DNA of 64,000 nt. Source: Candidatus Hydrogenedentota bacterium. Its GTDB lineage: Bacteria > Hydrogenedentota > Hydrogenedentia > Hydrogenedentales > SLHB01. Positions 37,762-48,333 of the stretch are shown here, one piece after another; position 1 is the first letter of the stretch, and every line of letters starts with the position of its first letter. Below the pieces are notes generated by a model. That model was not told where the DNA came from, ran no database searches, and worked only from the letters and a program-made list of their open reading frames with translations. The DNA lies in NCBI GenBank assembly GCA_963745075.1, contig CAVUWV010000018.1, forward strand, positions 32,001-96,000, written 5' to 3'. The position numbers and the translations under genes are program-made.

Positions 37762-37919
37762 TATGAGCCGCGCACTGCGGACCCTTGTGGGCCAAAATGC
37801 GCAACCTATGTGATGCGACGGTTCCCGCGCCGTTGCCTCTTTCGTTGAACCAAACGTACCGCTCGCTTCATCCGGCAGGCGCGCGCTATTAACTCAACTG
37901 GATAGTAATTGAGCCAACT

Positions 37920-38192
37920 ATGCCCGACTTGACGGAAGAAATGCGGATTACGAATGCTCTTGGTCTGCACGCGCGACCCGCTGCGACCCTGGTGCAGACC
38001 GTTCTCAAGTTCCAAAGCGAGGTCCATGTTGTGATGAACGGACACCGCGTGAATGCGAAGAGTATTATGGGGCTGTTGACCCTGGCCGCGGCACAGGGGA
38101 CCGTACTCACGGTTACGTGCAGCGGTCCCGATGCCGAAAATGCCATGCAGGCGGTGCGCGAGTTGGTCGAAAATGGATTCGGAGAGGCTTAG
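37920..38192 (+). CDS. ptsH: Phosphocarrier protein HPr
   Basis: GLHARPA (His15), NAKSIMGL (Ser46). Confidence 0.96.
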   Translation: MPDLTEEMRITNALGLHARPAATLVQTVLKFQSEVHVVMNGHRVNAKSIMGLLTLAAAQGTVLTVTCSGPDAENAMQAVRELVENGFGEA

Positions 38193-38196
38193 TTTA

Positions 38197-39975
38197 GTGG
38201 AAGTCACGATCCGCGGCATAGGCGTATCCCCCGGCATCGCCATTGGACCGGCACTGACCTTCGGCGTCCAGGCCTTCGATATCCCCAAGTACGAAGTGTC
38301 CGACGTGGAGAAGGAACTTGCCCGGTTTGAGCGGGCCGTAATCGCGGTACGAGGGGAATTGGAGCGGCTCTACGAACGTACGGCGGAGGCGATCGGCGAG
38401 GAACACGCGGACATTTTCAAGGCCCACCTCATGTTTCTCGAAGACGTCACGTTGCGCGAAGAGGTGGAACGGCGGGTCGCATCGGAGAAGCTCAACGCCG
38501 AATTCTTGGTTGGGGAATGGATCGCGCGGTATACGAAGATCATGACCTCCGTGCCCGATGAACGATTCCGGGAACGGACGCAGGACTTGGTGGATGTGGG
38601 CAATCGCATACTGGCCCGCCTTCTGGATGCGAAGCTCGATGGACTGGAACACCTGGACCGGCCGTCGGTGGTGGTCGCGCACGACCTGTCCCCTTCCGAT
38701 GCGGCCAAGCTCGACATGGCCAATACGCTGGGGCTGGCCACGGACGTCAGCGGACCTACCTCGCACACGGCGATATTAGCGCGCGCTTTCGAGATCCCGG
38801 CGGTCGTGGGTCTGAAGTTTGTGGGCTCTCATGCCCTGCCGGGCGATTCGATTATCGTTGACGGGAGCACCGGTGTCGTTGTCATTCGGCCAACCGAAAA
38901 GACCTTGGCACGGTATCAGGGCGAGCAGAAAGCGGAAGAACGCACCCGAAAAGCCCTGCTTGCTGCGGAATTGCGCCCCAGCGTTACTACGGACGGGCAT
39001 GAAGTCCCGACGCAGGCGAATATCGAATTGCCCATCGAGCTTTCCCACAGCTTGAAGTCGAAGGCGCAGGGGATCGGCCTGTACCGTACCGAGTATTTGT
39101 TTCTCAACCGCTCCACTCTTCCCAGCGAGGAAGAGCAATACGAGGCGTACAGCGGAGTCGCGAAGACCATGGCCCCGGCGCCTGTTACCCTGCGGACGCT
39201 GGACTTGGGCGGCGACAAGTTTGTCAGTCACCTGCATCTCGCGCACGAGATCAACCCCCAGCTTGGCTGGCGGGCCATTCGCTTCTGTCTGGAACGGCCG
39301 GACATCTTCAAAGCGCAATTGCGCGCCATGCTTCGCGCGAGCGTTCACGGGAACGTGCAAATCATGTTTCCGCTTATCAGCGGAATCGATGAATTCGAAC
39401 GCGTGCGGCAGATCGTACGCGAAGTGCAGTCCGATCTCGAGAAACGCGGGGTGCCGTTCAAGAAGGATATCCCGGTCGGGAGCATGATCGAGGTCCCATC
39501 GGCGGTCGAGATTGCGGACTTGCTTGCACAACACTGCGACTTTTTCAGCATCGGCACGAACGATCTGATTCAGTACTCCCTCGCGGTCGATCGGGTAAAC
39601 GAAAAGATCGCGCACATGTACGAACCGGCCCACCCGGCGGTTTTGCGCATGATCCGGCGGACGCTCAAAGCGGCGCGGGAAGCGAAGATCCCGTGCGCGG
39701 TGTGCGGGGAGATGGCGGGCGATCCCGTGTTTACGGAACTGCTGGTGGGCCTGGGGGTTTCGTCGCTCAGCATGTCGGCGGTCGCGATTCCTCCGGTACG
39801 GACGGAGATCGCGAGCATACGGTATTCGCAGGCGAAGCGTTTTGCTGCGCGCATCATGAAGATGGGTTCGGTGGCCGAAATCCGTGAGGCCATTCATAAG
39901 CGGTATACCCATCGCCGGGCGATGGACGTGTACATGCGCGATATCCTTGCCAAAACGCAGAAGAAAGTGGACTGA
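38197..39975 (+). CDS. ptsI: PEP-protein phosphotransferase (Enzyme I)
   Basis: GIGVSPGIAIG, TSHTAILAR, GIGLYRTE, RTLDLGGDK, SIGTNDLIQY, CGEMAG. Confidence 0.96.
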   Translation: MEVTIRGIGVSPGIAIGPALTFGVQAFDIPKYEVSDVEKELARFERAVIAVRGELERLYERTAEAIGEEHADIFKAHLMFLEDVTLREEVERRVASEKLNAEFLVGEWIARYTKIMTSVPDERFRERTQDLVDVGNRILARLLDAKLDGLEHLDRPSVVVAHDLSPSDAAKLDMANTLGLATDVSGPTSHTAILARAFEIPAVVGLKFVGSHALPGDSIIVDGSTGVVVIRPTEKTLARYQGEQKAEERTRKALLAAELRPSVTTDGHEVPTQANIELPIELSHSLKSKAQGIGLYRTEYLFLNRSTLPSEEEQYEAYSGVAKTMAPAPVTLRTLDLGGDKFVSHLHLAHEINPQLGWRAIRFCLERPDIFKAQLRAMLRASVHGNVQIMFPLISGIDEFERVRQIVREVQSDLEKRGVPFKKDIPVGSMIEVPSAVEIADLLAQHCDFFSIGTNDLIQYSLAVDRVNEKIAHMYEPAHPAVLRMIRRTLKAAREAKIPCAVCGEMAGDPVFTELLVGLGVSSLSMSAVAIPPVRTEIASIRYSQAKRFAARIMKMGSVAEIREAIHKRYTHRRAMDVYMRDILAKTQKKVD

Positions 39976-41129
39976 TGAGGCGGCGCATCACGATACTGGG
40001 ATCGACCGGATCGATTGGTCGCAGCGCGCTGGACGTTGTCCGCCATTATCCCGACCGTTTCGAGGTGGTGGGACTGGCGGCCCGGTCCAACGCGGAATTG
40101 CTGACGGATCAGATCAATGAATTCCAGCCGGCACACGTGGTCCTCGTTGATGAAGCTGCATTGACGCGCTTGGGTACTGTGCCCACGTCGTGCACGATCG
40201 CGAGCGGGGCTGAGGCGCTGGCAGATCTGGCATCGGTACCCGTCGACATCGTGCTATGCGGGGTCGTGGGCGCCGTCGGGCTGAAACCGATCCTGCGCGG
40301 AATCGAGGCCGGTAATCGCATCGCATTGGCGAATAAAGAGCCGCTGGTCATGGCGGGTCCGCTCATTATGGAACGCGCCCGCGCGCGCGGCGTGGACGTG
40401 TTGCCGGTAGACAGTGAGCACAACGCGATATTCCAGTGTCTTCACGGACATCGCATCGAAGATTTGCGGTGCATACATCTCACGGCCTCGGGCGGACCGT
40501 TCTACGGAAAGGCGCGCGAATCGCTGGCGGGGGTAACGCCGGCGCAGGCGACGCGTCATCCGACCTGGGATATGGGCGCGAAAATCAGCGTGGATTCGGC
40601 GACCCTCATGAATAAGGGGCTGGAAGTCATCGAGGCTATGTGGTTGTTCGGGCTGACGCTGGATCAGGTTGAAGTGGTGATCCATCCGCAGAGTATCGTG
40701 CACAGTCTGGTGGAGTTCACGGACGGGAGCATCTTGGCACACCTCGGCCTTACGGATATGAAGTTTCCGATTCAGTTCGCGTTAACGTGGCCGGATCGTG
40801 TGCCGACGCCCATGGGCCGGTTGGACCTCACCACCATGCGGGAGTTGACCTTTGCCAAGCCCGATTTCTCGGAGTTTCCGTGTCTGGCGCACGCACTTCA
40901 CGCGGCGCGCTTAGGCGGGACCGCACCAGCGATTTTGAACGCCGCGAACGAGACGGCGGTGAGTGCGTTCTGTGGAGGACGGCTCGAGTTTTTGCGCATC
41001 AGCGATGTCGTAGAGGAAGTCTTGGAGGAATCGGACATCGAAGCGGACATCAGTTTGGAATCCGCGATCGCCGCGGATCGTTCCGCACGTACGAGAGCCG
41101 AAGAGGTGATGACGGCGTTGGGAGTTTGA
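39975..41129 (+). CDS. dxr: 1-deoxy-D-xylulose 5-phosphate reductoisomerase
   Basis: LGSTGSIG, LANKE, PVDSEH, TASGGPF, HPTWDMGAKISVDSATLMNKGLE. Confidence 0.97.
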   Translation: MRRRITILGSTGSIGRSALDVVRHYPDRFEVVGLAARSNAELLTDQINEFQPAHVVLVDEAALTRLGTVPTSCTIASGAEALADLASVPVDIVLCGVVGAVGLKPILRGIEAGNRIALANKEPLVMAGPLIMERARARGVDVLPVDSEHNAIFQCLHGHRIEDLRCIHLTASGGPFYGKARESLAGVTPAQATRHPTWDMGAKISVDSATLMNKGLEVIEAMWLFGLTLDQVEVVIHPQSIVHSLVEFTDGSILAHLGLTDMKFPIQFALTWPDRVPTPMGRLDLTTMRELTFAKPDFSEFPCLAHALHAARLGGTAPAILNAANETAVSAFCGGRLEFLRISDVVEEVLEESDIEADISLESAIAADRSARTRAEEVMTALGV

Positions 41130-41130
41130 T

Positions 41131-43083
41131 TTGGATTACGTGTTCAACATTGTCGTTTTCGTGGTGGTGCTCGGGGAACTGGTGTTCTTTCACGAGATGG
41201 GACACTTTCTCGCGGCGAAAGCCTGCGGCATCTACTGCGAACGATTCAGTCTAGGAATGCCGCCCCGGTTGTTCGGCTTTCGGTTCGGAGAGACGGACTA
41301 TTGCATCGGGCTGTTGCCGATCGGCGGGTACGTCAAGATGGCGGGTCAGGAAGACGTGCCAATGACGGATGAGGAGCGAAAGGAACAGTACGGCAACATA
41401 CCGCCGGAACGGTGGTTCTCCAACAAGCCGGTTTGGCAGCGCGTCATCGTAATCGCGGCGGGTCCGTTCATGAACGTGGTGCTGGCGGTGTTGCTTTATG
41501 GAATCGTCGCGGCCGTGGGCGCGAACGTGCCGGAATACAAAGTCGACAACCGCATTGGTATGGTGCGGCCCGATTCGCCGGCTGCCAACGCTTCGATGTA
41601 TGCGATCACCAGCGCCGGGCAACGCCCGAACATGACGGGAGAGCCGGACGCGCATGGGTGGCAGACGGGCGACCGTATCCTCAGTATCAACGGCAGCCCG
41701 GTGACCAATATCAGCGATGTCGCCATCGACGCTGTGCTCAGCGACGGCGGACCCATGATGGTCGAATTGGAACGTCAAGGCCCGTCGGGAACCGTCAAGC
41801 GGTACTTGTCTAAGGTGCAGCCGGTCCGTGAGGACGACGAAGACCATCCGCAATTCGGGATCGCGCCGTTTCGCACGGCGTTGGTGGGCAGTGTGTTGGA
41901 CGGATCGCCCGCGGACAAAGCCGGGCTCAAGCAGGGCGATGTCATCACGAAACTCAATGGTACGGTAGTCGATTCCCAGACGTTTGCGGAGACGGTGAGC
42001 GACGACGTTAGCGGCACGCCAATGGAGATGCAGGTGCTTCGCGACGGCGAAAATCTGAATGTCCGTCTCAAGCCGGAAATTGTGGGGCGGATCAAAGACA
42101 TCACGTTTTCAGCACCGTATTCGCATCTCTTGATTCCCGATCCGGAAAACCTTCGGGTGGATTTCAACACGCCCGAGTTCGAAAAGGATACCGGGCTTCG
42201 CTCCGGCGACGCTATAAAGACGATCGACGGCAAGACGGCGGACGCGCGCCTGCTTCAAGAACTCAAACCGGATGGTTCCCATACGGTGACGATTGCGAGA
42301 AAGACGGGGTTTTTCGGGGGAAGCACTTCGGAAATCACGAAGCAGTTGACGCTCGAGCAGATTCGGCAAGCCGTGACCCCTTACGACCTTCAAGCCAAAC
42401 CCGTGATCGCCGATCTCAGCGAAGAAGCGGCGAAGGAAACGGGGCTTCTACGGAACGACATTGTTGAAACTATCGACGGCCAACCGGCGACGGTTGAGAC
42501 GCTCGGGATGATCGAGTCCCGGCCCGGGACAACCGTCAAGTTGACGGTTCGCACGCCGGCAGTTGGGTTTGGCGTGCTCCGGGAAGGCGAAACTCGGGAA
42601 GTGGATCTTCCGATAATCCCGGCGGGACAGGTCGGCGTGACGTGGACGACGAAGATGGTGTTTCATCGGGCGGCGCCGGCCGAAGTGATCCCGGAGGCGT
42701 TTCGCCTGTCCATGCAAGCGTTGGGGCGAACGTTGAAGACCCTGGAATTGCTGTTGACGGGCGGGCTGAAAGTGAACGATATCGGCGGACCGGTGATGAT
42801 ATTTCAGATTACCACCGAGGCGGCGCGGATCGGGTACTCGTGGCTGCTGGAGATCACGGCATTCATCAGCATCAATCTTGCCGTGTTCAATCTTCTCCCG
42901 TTGCCGGTCCTTGACGGGGGACATTTAGTGTTCCTGACGATTGAGGGCGTCCGCCGGAAACCGGTGAGTCCGAAGGTGACGGAGTGGGTGCAGCAGGCCG
43001 GTTTGGTGCTGATCATCGCCCTCATGCTGTTTGTAACATTCAACGATGTAAAACGATGGCTCATCGGCACGCTAATGCCGTGA
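41131..43083 (+). CDS. rseP: RIP metalloprotease RseP with an expanded PDZ region
   Basis: HEMGH, PIGGYVKMAG, AGPFMN, NLLPLPVLDGG; several GD.I..I(N/D)G PDZ segments. Confidence 0.93.
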   Translation: MDYVFNIVVFVVVLGELVFFHEMGHFLAAKACGIYCERFSLGMPPRLFGFRFGETDYCIGLLPIGGYVKMAGQEDVPMTDEERKEQYGNIPPERWFSNKPVWQRVIVIAAGPFMNVVLAVLLYGIVAAVGANVPEYKVDNRIGMVRPDSPAANASMYAITSAGQRPNMTGEPDAHGWQTGDRILSINGSPVTNISDVAIDAVLSDGGPMMVELERQGPSGTVKRYLSKVQPVREDDEDHPQFGIAPFRTALVGSVLDGSPADKAGLKQGDVITKLNGTVVDSQTFAETVSDDVSGTPMEMQVLRDGENLNVRLKPEIVGRIKDITFSAPYSHLLIPDPENLRVDFNTPEFEKDTGLRSGDAIKTIDGKTADARLLQELKPDGSHTVTIARKTGFFGGSTSEITKQLTLEQIRQAVTPYDLQAKPVIADLSEEAAKETGLLRNDIVETIDGQPATVETLGMIESRPGTTVKLTVRTPAVGFGVLREGETREVDLPIIPAGQVGVTWTTKMVFHRAAPAEVIPEAFRLSMQALGRTLKTLELLLTGGLKVNDIGGPVMIFQITTEAARIGYSWLLEITAFISINLAVFNLLPLPVLDGGHLVFLTIEGVRRKPVSPKVTEWVQQAGLVLIIALMLFVTFNDVKRWLIGTLMP

Positions 43084-43172
43084 GTCTTGTATTGCGCCGA
43101 CCGGAATACGCGGAATGAATAGAAAGCGCCGTGGTATTGGCGGCGAACGAAGTGGAGCCGAAATAGGAAGCC

Positions 43173-44477
43173 ATGAATCAGATCACCTGTAAATTTGGGG
43201 GAAGCTCACTCGCGGATACCGATTGTTTTCGTGCGGTACAGAAGATTATTGAATCGAATGACGAACGCAAATTCATCGTACCCTCCGCGCCGGGCAAGCG
43301 ACGGCCGGACGACAAAAAAATAACCGACCTGCTTTACGCGTGGCACGGCCTGCTCCGACAAGAGTTGGATGCGAGCCAGCCGCGGGGATTGATTGCAGCC
43401 CGTTTCGAACAGCTTTCATCCGAATTGGGTATTACGTTTCCCGTTCATGACCTACTGGAGCAAATCGCGGCGGAAGCTGTGAAGTATGAGACGGCGGATT
43501 TCATGGCGTCGCGAGGCGAGTATCTGAACGGACAACTTCTCGCGCAACTGCTCGGGGCGACGTTCGTCGATCCCGCTGAATGCATACGTTTTGACGACGA
43601 GGGCCTGCTCGATCCGATTACGTACGAATTGCTCGGCACGAAACTCAAAGGCAACGACGTCTACGTGGTTCCGGGGTTTTACGGCGCCCTGCCGGATGGC
43701 TCGATCAAGACGTTCTCGCGGGGCGGCAGCGACGTTACTGGCGCGATTGTGGCGCGGGCGTCGGTATCGCGTCTCTATGAGAACTGGACCGACGTGTCGG
43801 GTTTTTTGATGGCGGATCCGCGAATCGTGCCGGACGCGCGCCGGATCGACGAGGTGACGTATCAGGAACTCCGCGAGTTGTCGTACATGGGCGCGCAGGT
43901 TCTGCACGACGAAGCGATCTTTCCCGTCCGAGACGCCGGCATACCCATCAATATCCGAAACACCAAAGACCCCGAGAATCCCGGGACGATGATTTTGCCG
44001 ACGCGAGAAGCCTCGGAACCGATTTGCGGGGTGGCGGGGCGCACCGGCTTCACGATGATCAACATTGAAAAGGCTCTCATGAACAAGGAGCGCGGGTTCG
44101 GCCGGCGCGTGTTGACCGTGTTGGAAGAGCACGGGGTCAGCTTCGAGCATATGCCCACGGGAATCGACACGATCTCGTTGATTGTGAAAGACGAAGAAAT
44201 CGCCAACCATGGCCCGGCGATTCTGAAAGCGATCGAACGGACCTGTCAACCGGATCGGGTTTCCCTGGCGCCGGGCCTGGCAATCATTGCCACGGTGGGT
44301 CAAGGGATGGCCGGTCACACCGGGATGGCGGCGCGACTCACAGGCGCGCTCGCGAACGCTAATGTGAACATTCGGGTGATCGATCAGGGCTCCTCGGAAA
44401 ACAACATTATTGTGGGAGTAGAGGATACCAATCTCGCTTCCGCGGTCCGCGCCATCTACACGGCCTTCACGGATTAG
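43173..44477 (+). CDS. lysC: Aspartate kinase
   Basis: KFGGSS, SRGE, TFSRGGSDVTG, WTDVSG, ELSYMGA, ACT domains. Confidence 0.92.
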   Translation: MNQITCKFGGSSLADTDCFRAVQKIIESNDERKFIVPSAPGKRRPDDKKITDLLYAWHGLLRQELDASQPRGLIAARFEQLSSELGITFPVHDLLEQIAAEAVKYETADFMASRGEYLNGQLLAQLLGATFVDPAECIRFDDEGLLDPITYELLGTKLKGNDVYVVPGFYGALPDGSIKTFSRGGSDVTGAIVARASVSRLYENWTDVSGFLMADPRIVPDARRIDEVTYQELRELSYMGAQVLHDEAIFPVRDAGIPINIRNTKDPENPGTMILPTREASEPICGVAGRTGFTMINIEKALMNKERGFGRRVLTVLEEHGVSFEHMPTGIDTISLIVKDEEIANHGPAILKAIERTCQPDRVSLAPGLAIIATVGQGMAGHTGMAARLTGALANANVNIRVIDQGSSENNIIVGVEDTNLASAVRAIYTAFTD

Positions 44478-44531
44478 GTGAGGGCGCGGGGCGCGCCAAC
44501 GCCGCACCGCCGGCAGATCCAGGATTCCGCC

Positions 44532-45983
44532 ATGCGCCGAACCAAGATCGTATGTACCCTCGGACCCAGTTCCAGCGACCGCCGCACGATAGGCAAACTC
44601 ATCGATGGCGGGATGGACGTCGCACGGTTGAACTTTTCCCACGGCACGCACGACGATCACCGGAAGGTGTTCTCCGCCTTGCGCGAGGTTGCCGAGGAAA
44701 AAGACGCCAACGTCGCCGTTCTGATGGACCTGCAAGGTCCAAAGATCCGCACGGGCCGCTTGCAGGATGGGGGTCCGGTTGAACTCGAGTCCGGCGCGGC
44801 CTTGACGATCACGACCGAGGATATTGTGGGAACCGCCGAACGAATCTCCACCACGTACGAGGGACTCCCAGACGACGTCAAACCGGACTCGCGCATCCTC
44901 ATTGCGGATGGCGCCATGGAACTCAAGGTGACGTCCGTTGAGCCGCCGGAGGTGCAGTGCACGGTCGTCCGCGGAGGAACGCTGGGGGAACACAAGGGGA
45001 TCAATCTTCCCGGCGTATCGGTGAGCGCGCCGGCGTTGACGGAAAAGGATGTCGAGGACCTGGGGTTCGGCCTTGAACTGGGGGTCGATTACGTCGCGCT
45101 GTCCTTTGTGCGTACTGCGGAAGACGTGCAAGACCTCCGGGATCGCATCACCGAGGCCGGGTACTCGACGCCGATCGTCGCGAAGATCGAACGGCCCGAG
45201 GCGCTGGGATGTTTCGCTGATATCCTCGAGGCCGTGGACGGCGTCATGGTGGCCCGAGGCGATCTCGGTGTGGAAGTCGAACTGTACCGCGTTCCGCAGA
45301 TCCAAAAGTCACTCATTCGCATGTGCAACGAGCGTGGCGTCCCCGTCATTACGGCGACGCAGATGCTCGAATCGATGATTTCGAGTCCCCGGCCGACGCG
45401 GGCTGAAGCCAACGACGTGGCCAACGCCATTTACGACGGCACGGACGCGGTGATGCTTTCGGGCGAGACGGCGACCGGGAAGTATCCCGTGGATACAGTC
45501 CGGGTGATGGCGGAGATCGTCCAGAGCGCCGACGAGGCGGTGGATTCCAGTCCCGATCGCGGGGTCCAGGCCCGGTTTGCGCATGGCAGCCGAAAGGGAT
45601 CGTTCCAGGACGCCATCGGCCAGGCCGTGGTGCGGATGACGCAGGTAGCGGATCTGAAGCACATCGTAGTGCTTACCCAATCGGGGTATACTGCGGAAAC
45701 CATTTCGCGATACCGGCCCAACATTCCGATTACCGCCATCACCCTGAACGAGGGAACGCGGCGGTTGTGCGCGCTCATTTGGGGCGTCGACGCGGTGCAA
45801 TCCGCCGTGGTCGAGAGTATGGACGACATGATCCGGGTCGTCGATAAGATCGTGTTGGGCAGGAAACTCGCGAATCGCGGCGATCCCGTTGTTATTGTGG
45901 CGGGCACGCCACTTGGGGTGGGCGGCCGGACCAACCTCCTTCACTTGCACCGCGTCGGCGAAGAACAGCCCAGCGTGAAATAG
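44532..45983 (+). CDS. pyk: Pyruvate kinase
   Basis: RRTKIVCTLGP, RLNFSHG, DLQGPKIR, AKIE, MVARGDLG, ATQMLESM, DAVMLSGETA. Confidence 0.97.
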   Translation: MRRTKIVCTLGPSSSDRRTIGKLIDGGMDVARLNFSHGTHDDHRKVFSALREVAEEKDANVAVLMDLQGPKIRTGRLQDGGPVELESGAALTITTEDIVGTAERISTTYEGLPDDVKPDSRILIADGAMELKVTSVEPPEVQCTVVRGGTLGEHKGINLPGVSVSAPALTEKDVEDLGFGLELGVDYVALSFVRTAEDVQDLRDRITEAGYSTPIVAKIERPEALGCFADILEAVDGVMVARGDLGVEVELYRVPQIQKSLIRMCNERGVPVITATQMLESMISSPRPTRAEANDVANAIYDGTDAVMLSGETATGKYPVDTVRVMAEIVQSADEAVDSSPDRGVQARFAHGSRKGSFQDAIGQAVVRMTQVADLKHIVVLTQSGYTAETISRYRPNIPITAITLNEGTRRLCALIWGVDAVQSAVVESMDDMIRVVDKIVLGRKLANRGDPVVIVAGTPLGVGGRTNLLHLHRVGEEQPSVK

Positions 45984-45995
45984 ACGTTGCACGCC

Positions 45996-46751
45996 ATGGC
46001 AGACAAGCACCAAATTAACGATTCGGACTGGTATCAGGAAGCGTTCGGGGATTTCTACGCGATCGTCTACGCGCATCGCACGGTCGAGGCAGCGGAACCG
46101 GAAGCGGCATTTGCGGTGCAGCAGCTCCAGTTGCAGGAGCACGATGTAACGCTGGATCTTTGCTGCGGCACCGGTCGTCATCTCGTACATCTCGCGAAGC
46201 GGACGCAGAACGCCTACGGACTGGACTACTCCCCCACGCTGCTCGCTCGGGCGGTGGAAACGTTGCCGGGCCGCGCGAGACTGGTGCGGGCCGATATGAA
46301 GGCGATACCGTTTGCAAGCGCGTTTGACGTAGTTACGAGTTTTTTTACGAGCTTCGGTTATTTCGAGGACGACGCCGACAACGCGCGCGTTGTCGGCGAA
46401 ATGGCGCGCATCCTGCGTCCCGGCGGGCGATTCTTCGTGGATCACGTGAACGTGGACCATCTTCGAAAGACGCTGGAACCGGCATCCGTTCGCCGAAACG
46501 GTCCCTACGAGATTCGGGAGTCGCGGTGGATTGACGAGAAGCGGCAACGAATAAACAAGATCACGCGGGTGTTTCGAAATGGAGCGGCGTTGCACGGAAG
46601 TGAAGAGTCCGTGCGGCTGTATTCGCGGGAGGAATTGACTGCGATCCTTTCCCGTGCAGGGCTGACGGTGCGAGGTGTGTATGGCGACTATGACGGAGCG
46701 CCTTTCGACGATGCACGGCCGCGCATGCTTTTTGTAGGGCACAAGGACTGA
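45996..46751 (+). CDS. Class I SAM-dependent methyltransferase (candidate NmbA-like bacillithiol N-methyltransferase)
   Basis: LDLCCGTGRH, GLDYS, FFTSFGYF, LRPGGRF, ESVRLY; ends 3 nt before bshC. Confidence 0.85.
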   Translation: MADKHQINDSDWYQEAFGDFYAIVYAHRTVEAAEPEAAFAVQQLQLQEHDVTLDLCCGTGRHLVHLAKRTQNAYGLDYSPTLLARAVETLPGRARLVRADMKAIPFASAFDVVTSFFTSFGYFEDDADNARVVGEMARILRPGGRFFVDHVNVDHLRKTLEPASVRRNGPYEIRESRWIDEKRQRINKITRVFRNGAALHGSEESVRLYSREELTAILSRAGLTVRGVYGDYDGAPFDDARPRMLFVGHKD

Positions 46752-46754
46752 CGC

Positions 46755-48290
46755 GTGAAGGATATCGCAAAAGACTACATCGCCGGTTCCGGCAACTTGA
46801 TGCGTTTCTATGCCGCCGAGCCGGGAGCGATCTGGCGCACACCGCCGGAAGGCCGGCCGTGGGACCCGTCGCTGGTGGAAGCGTTGCGAAGCTATCAGTT
46901 GGAACTGGGGAACGTGGCCTCGTTCGACGGAACGGAACCCGTCATTGTGACCGGCCAGCAACCGGGCCTTCTGACCGGTCCGCTCTACACCATTTACAAG
47001 GCCGTGACAGCGGTAAAACTTGCCGAGGCGCTGTCAACTAAGACCGGAATAACGCATGTGCCGATCTTCTGGATGGGCAGCGAAGACCATGATTTTGGAG
47101 AGGCCGCGTCCACGCATCTCCTCACGAGGAACCACGATCCGCTCCACCTGGATTATGATCCCGCTGCGCGCGTTGCGGGGTTCCCGCTCTACCGGGTGCC
47201 CCTGGAGCCGTCCCTGAAGCATGTCGTCGACCGGGCGGCGGATGCCGCGACGGGCTCCGAGCACCGGGAGGAAATCCAGCGTTTTCTGCATGAATCGCTC
47301 GACGCGTCTGAATCATTCGCCGAATGGACGGCACGTATCCTGGCGCGACTCTTTCGCGACACGCCGCTGGTTCTGTTCTCACCGCATTTGCCGACGGCGC
47401 GCTCGCTCTCGATGCCGGTCCTGGAGACGGCGATTGCACAGCCGTTGGAGGCGACGCGCCGGCTGAACGACGCGGGGGCGCGGCTCGCCGCACTGGGGTA
47501 CGAAGCACAGGTCGTGAAAGACGACGTGACGTGCAGTTTCTTTCTCGAAGTCGACGGCAGGCGAAGAAAGGTCACGTACGAAGATGGGCAATTCACCGTC
47601 GCGGAGGAGGACCTTCGGTACCGCCCGGAAGAGCTGCGCAACATTCTCCGGTCGGAACCCGAACGCTTTAGTCCAAACGTCGCGCTGCGGTGTGTGGTTC
47701 AGCAGCACCTCTTTCCCGCGACGGCGTGCGTAGCCGGTCCTGGGGAAATCGCGTACTGGGCACAGTTGAAGCCCGTGTTCGAGCATTTTGGCGAGACGAT
47801 GCCAATCGTGTATCCGCGCGCACGGGGCGTGATCACCGACATCAAATTGAACAAACTGCTGCGGAAGCACAAACTCACGATTGACGACCTGTATAAGGAA
47901 CCCGACGCGTTGCTGGAGCAAACGCTGGCGGCGGGGTCAGGCGGCGCCGTGGTGGATCGGTTCAAGATACACCGCGAAGCGATCGAACGGGCGTTGGACG
48001 AGTTGCGGCACGACATGAACGTGGGCGACATGACCAGCCAATTGAAGGAACGTATCGGAAACGAGTTGGATCGCTTCGAACGGGGACTGCTCCGCGCGGA
48101 CGAGACGACCCTGAACACGACCGAGCAGCAACTCCAGCGTTTGTGCAACTCGTTGGCCCCGGCGCGGCGACCGCAGGAGCGGTATTACAATGTGTTTTCG
48201 TATCTTTTCAAGCAGGGTTGGGGCTTGATCGACCGACTGCTCGACGCGTTCGACATTGAATCGTTTGAAATGAATGAGATCGAACTATGA
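46755..48290 (+). CDS. bshC: Bacillithiol biosynthesis cysteine-adding protein
   Basis: VTGQQPGLLTGPLYTIYK, PIFWMGSEDHDF, FSPNVALR, GPGEIAYWAQL, PQER. Confidence 0.93.
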   Translation: MKDIAKDYIAGSGNLMRFYAAEPGAIWRTPPEGRPWDPSLVEALRSYQLELGNVASFDGTEPVIVTGQQPGLLTGPLYTIYKAVTAVKLAEALSTKTGITHVPIFWMGSEDHDFGEAASTHLLTRNHDPLHLDYDPAARVAGFPLYRVPLEPSLKHVVDRAADAATGSEHREEIQRFLHESLDASESFAEWTARILARLFRDTPLVLFSPHLPTARSLSMPVLETAIAQPLEATRRLNDAGARLAALGYEAQVVKDDVTCSFFLEVDGRRRKVTYEDGQFTVAEEDLRYRPEELRNILRSEPERFSPNVALRCVVQQHLFPATACVAGPGEIAYWAQLKPVFEHFGETMPIVYPRARGVITDIKLNKLLRKHKLTIDDLYKEPDALLEQTLAAGSGGAVVDRFKIHREAIERALDELRHDMNVGDMTSQLKERIGNELDRFERGLLRADETTLNTTEQQLQRLCNSLAPARRPQERYYNVFSYLFKQGWGLIDRLLDAFDIESFEMNEIEL

Positions 48291-48333
48291 TCGCCATGGC
48301 GCGTTTCATATTCAGCGTTCGGGAGATCCGCCG

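Noticed and set aside
43452..46961. Long minus-strand ORFs (617 aa and 550 aa)
   Set aside because: Antisense shadows of lysC, pyk and the methyltransferase, as expected in GC-rich DNA.
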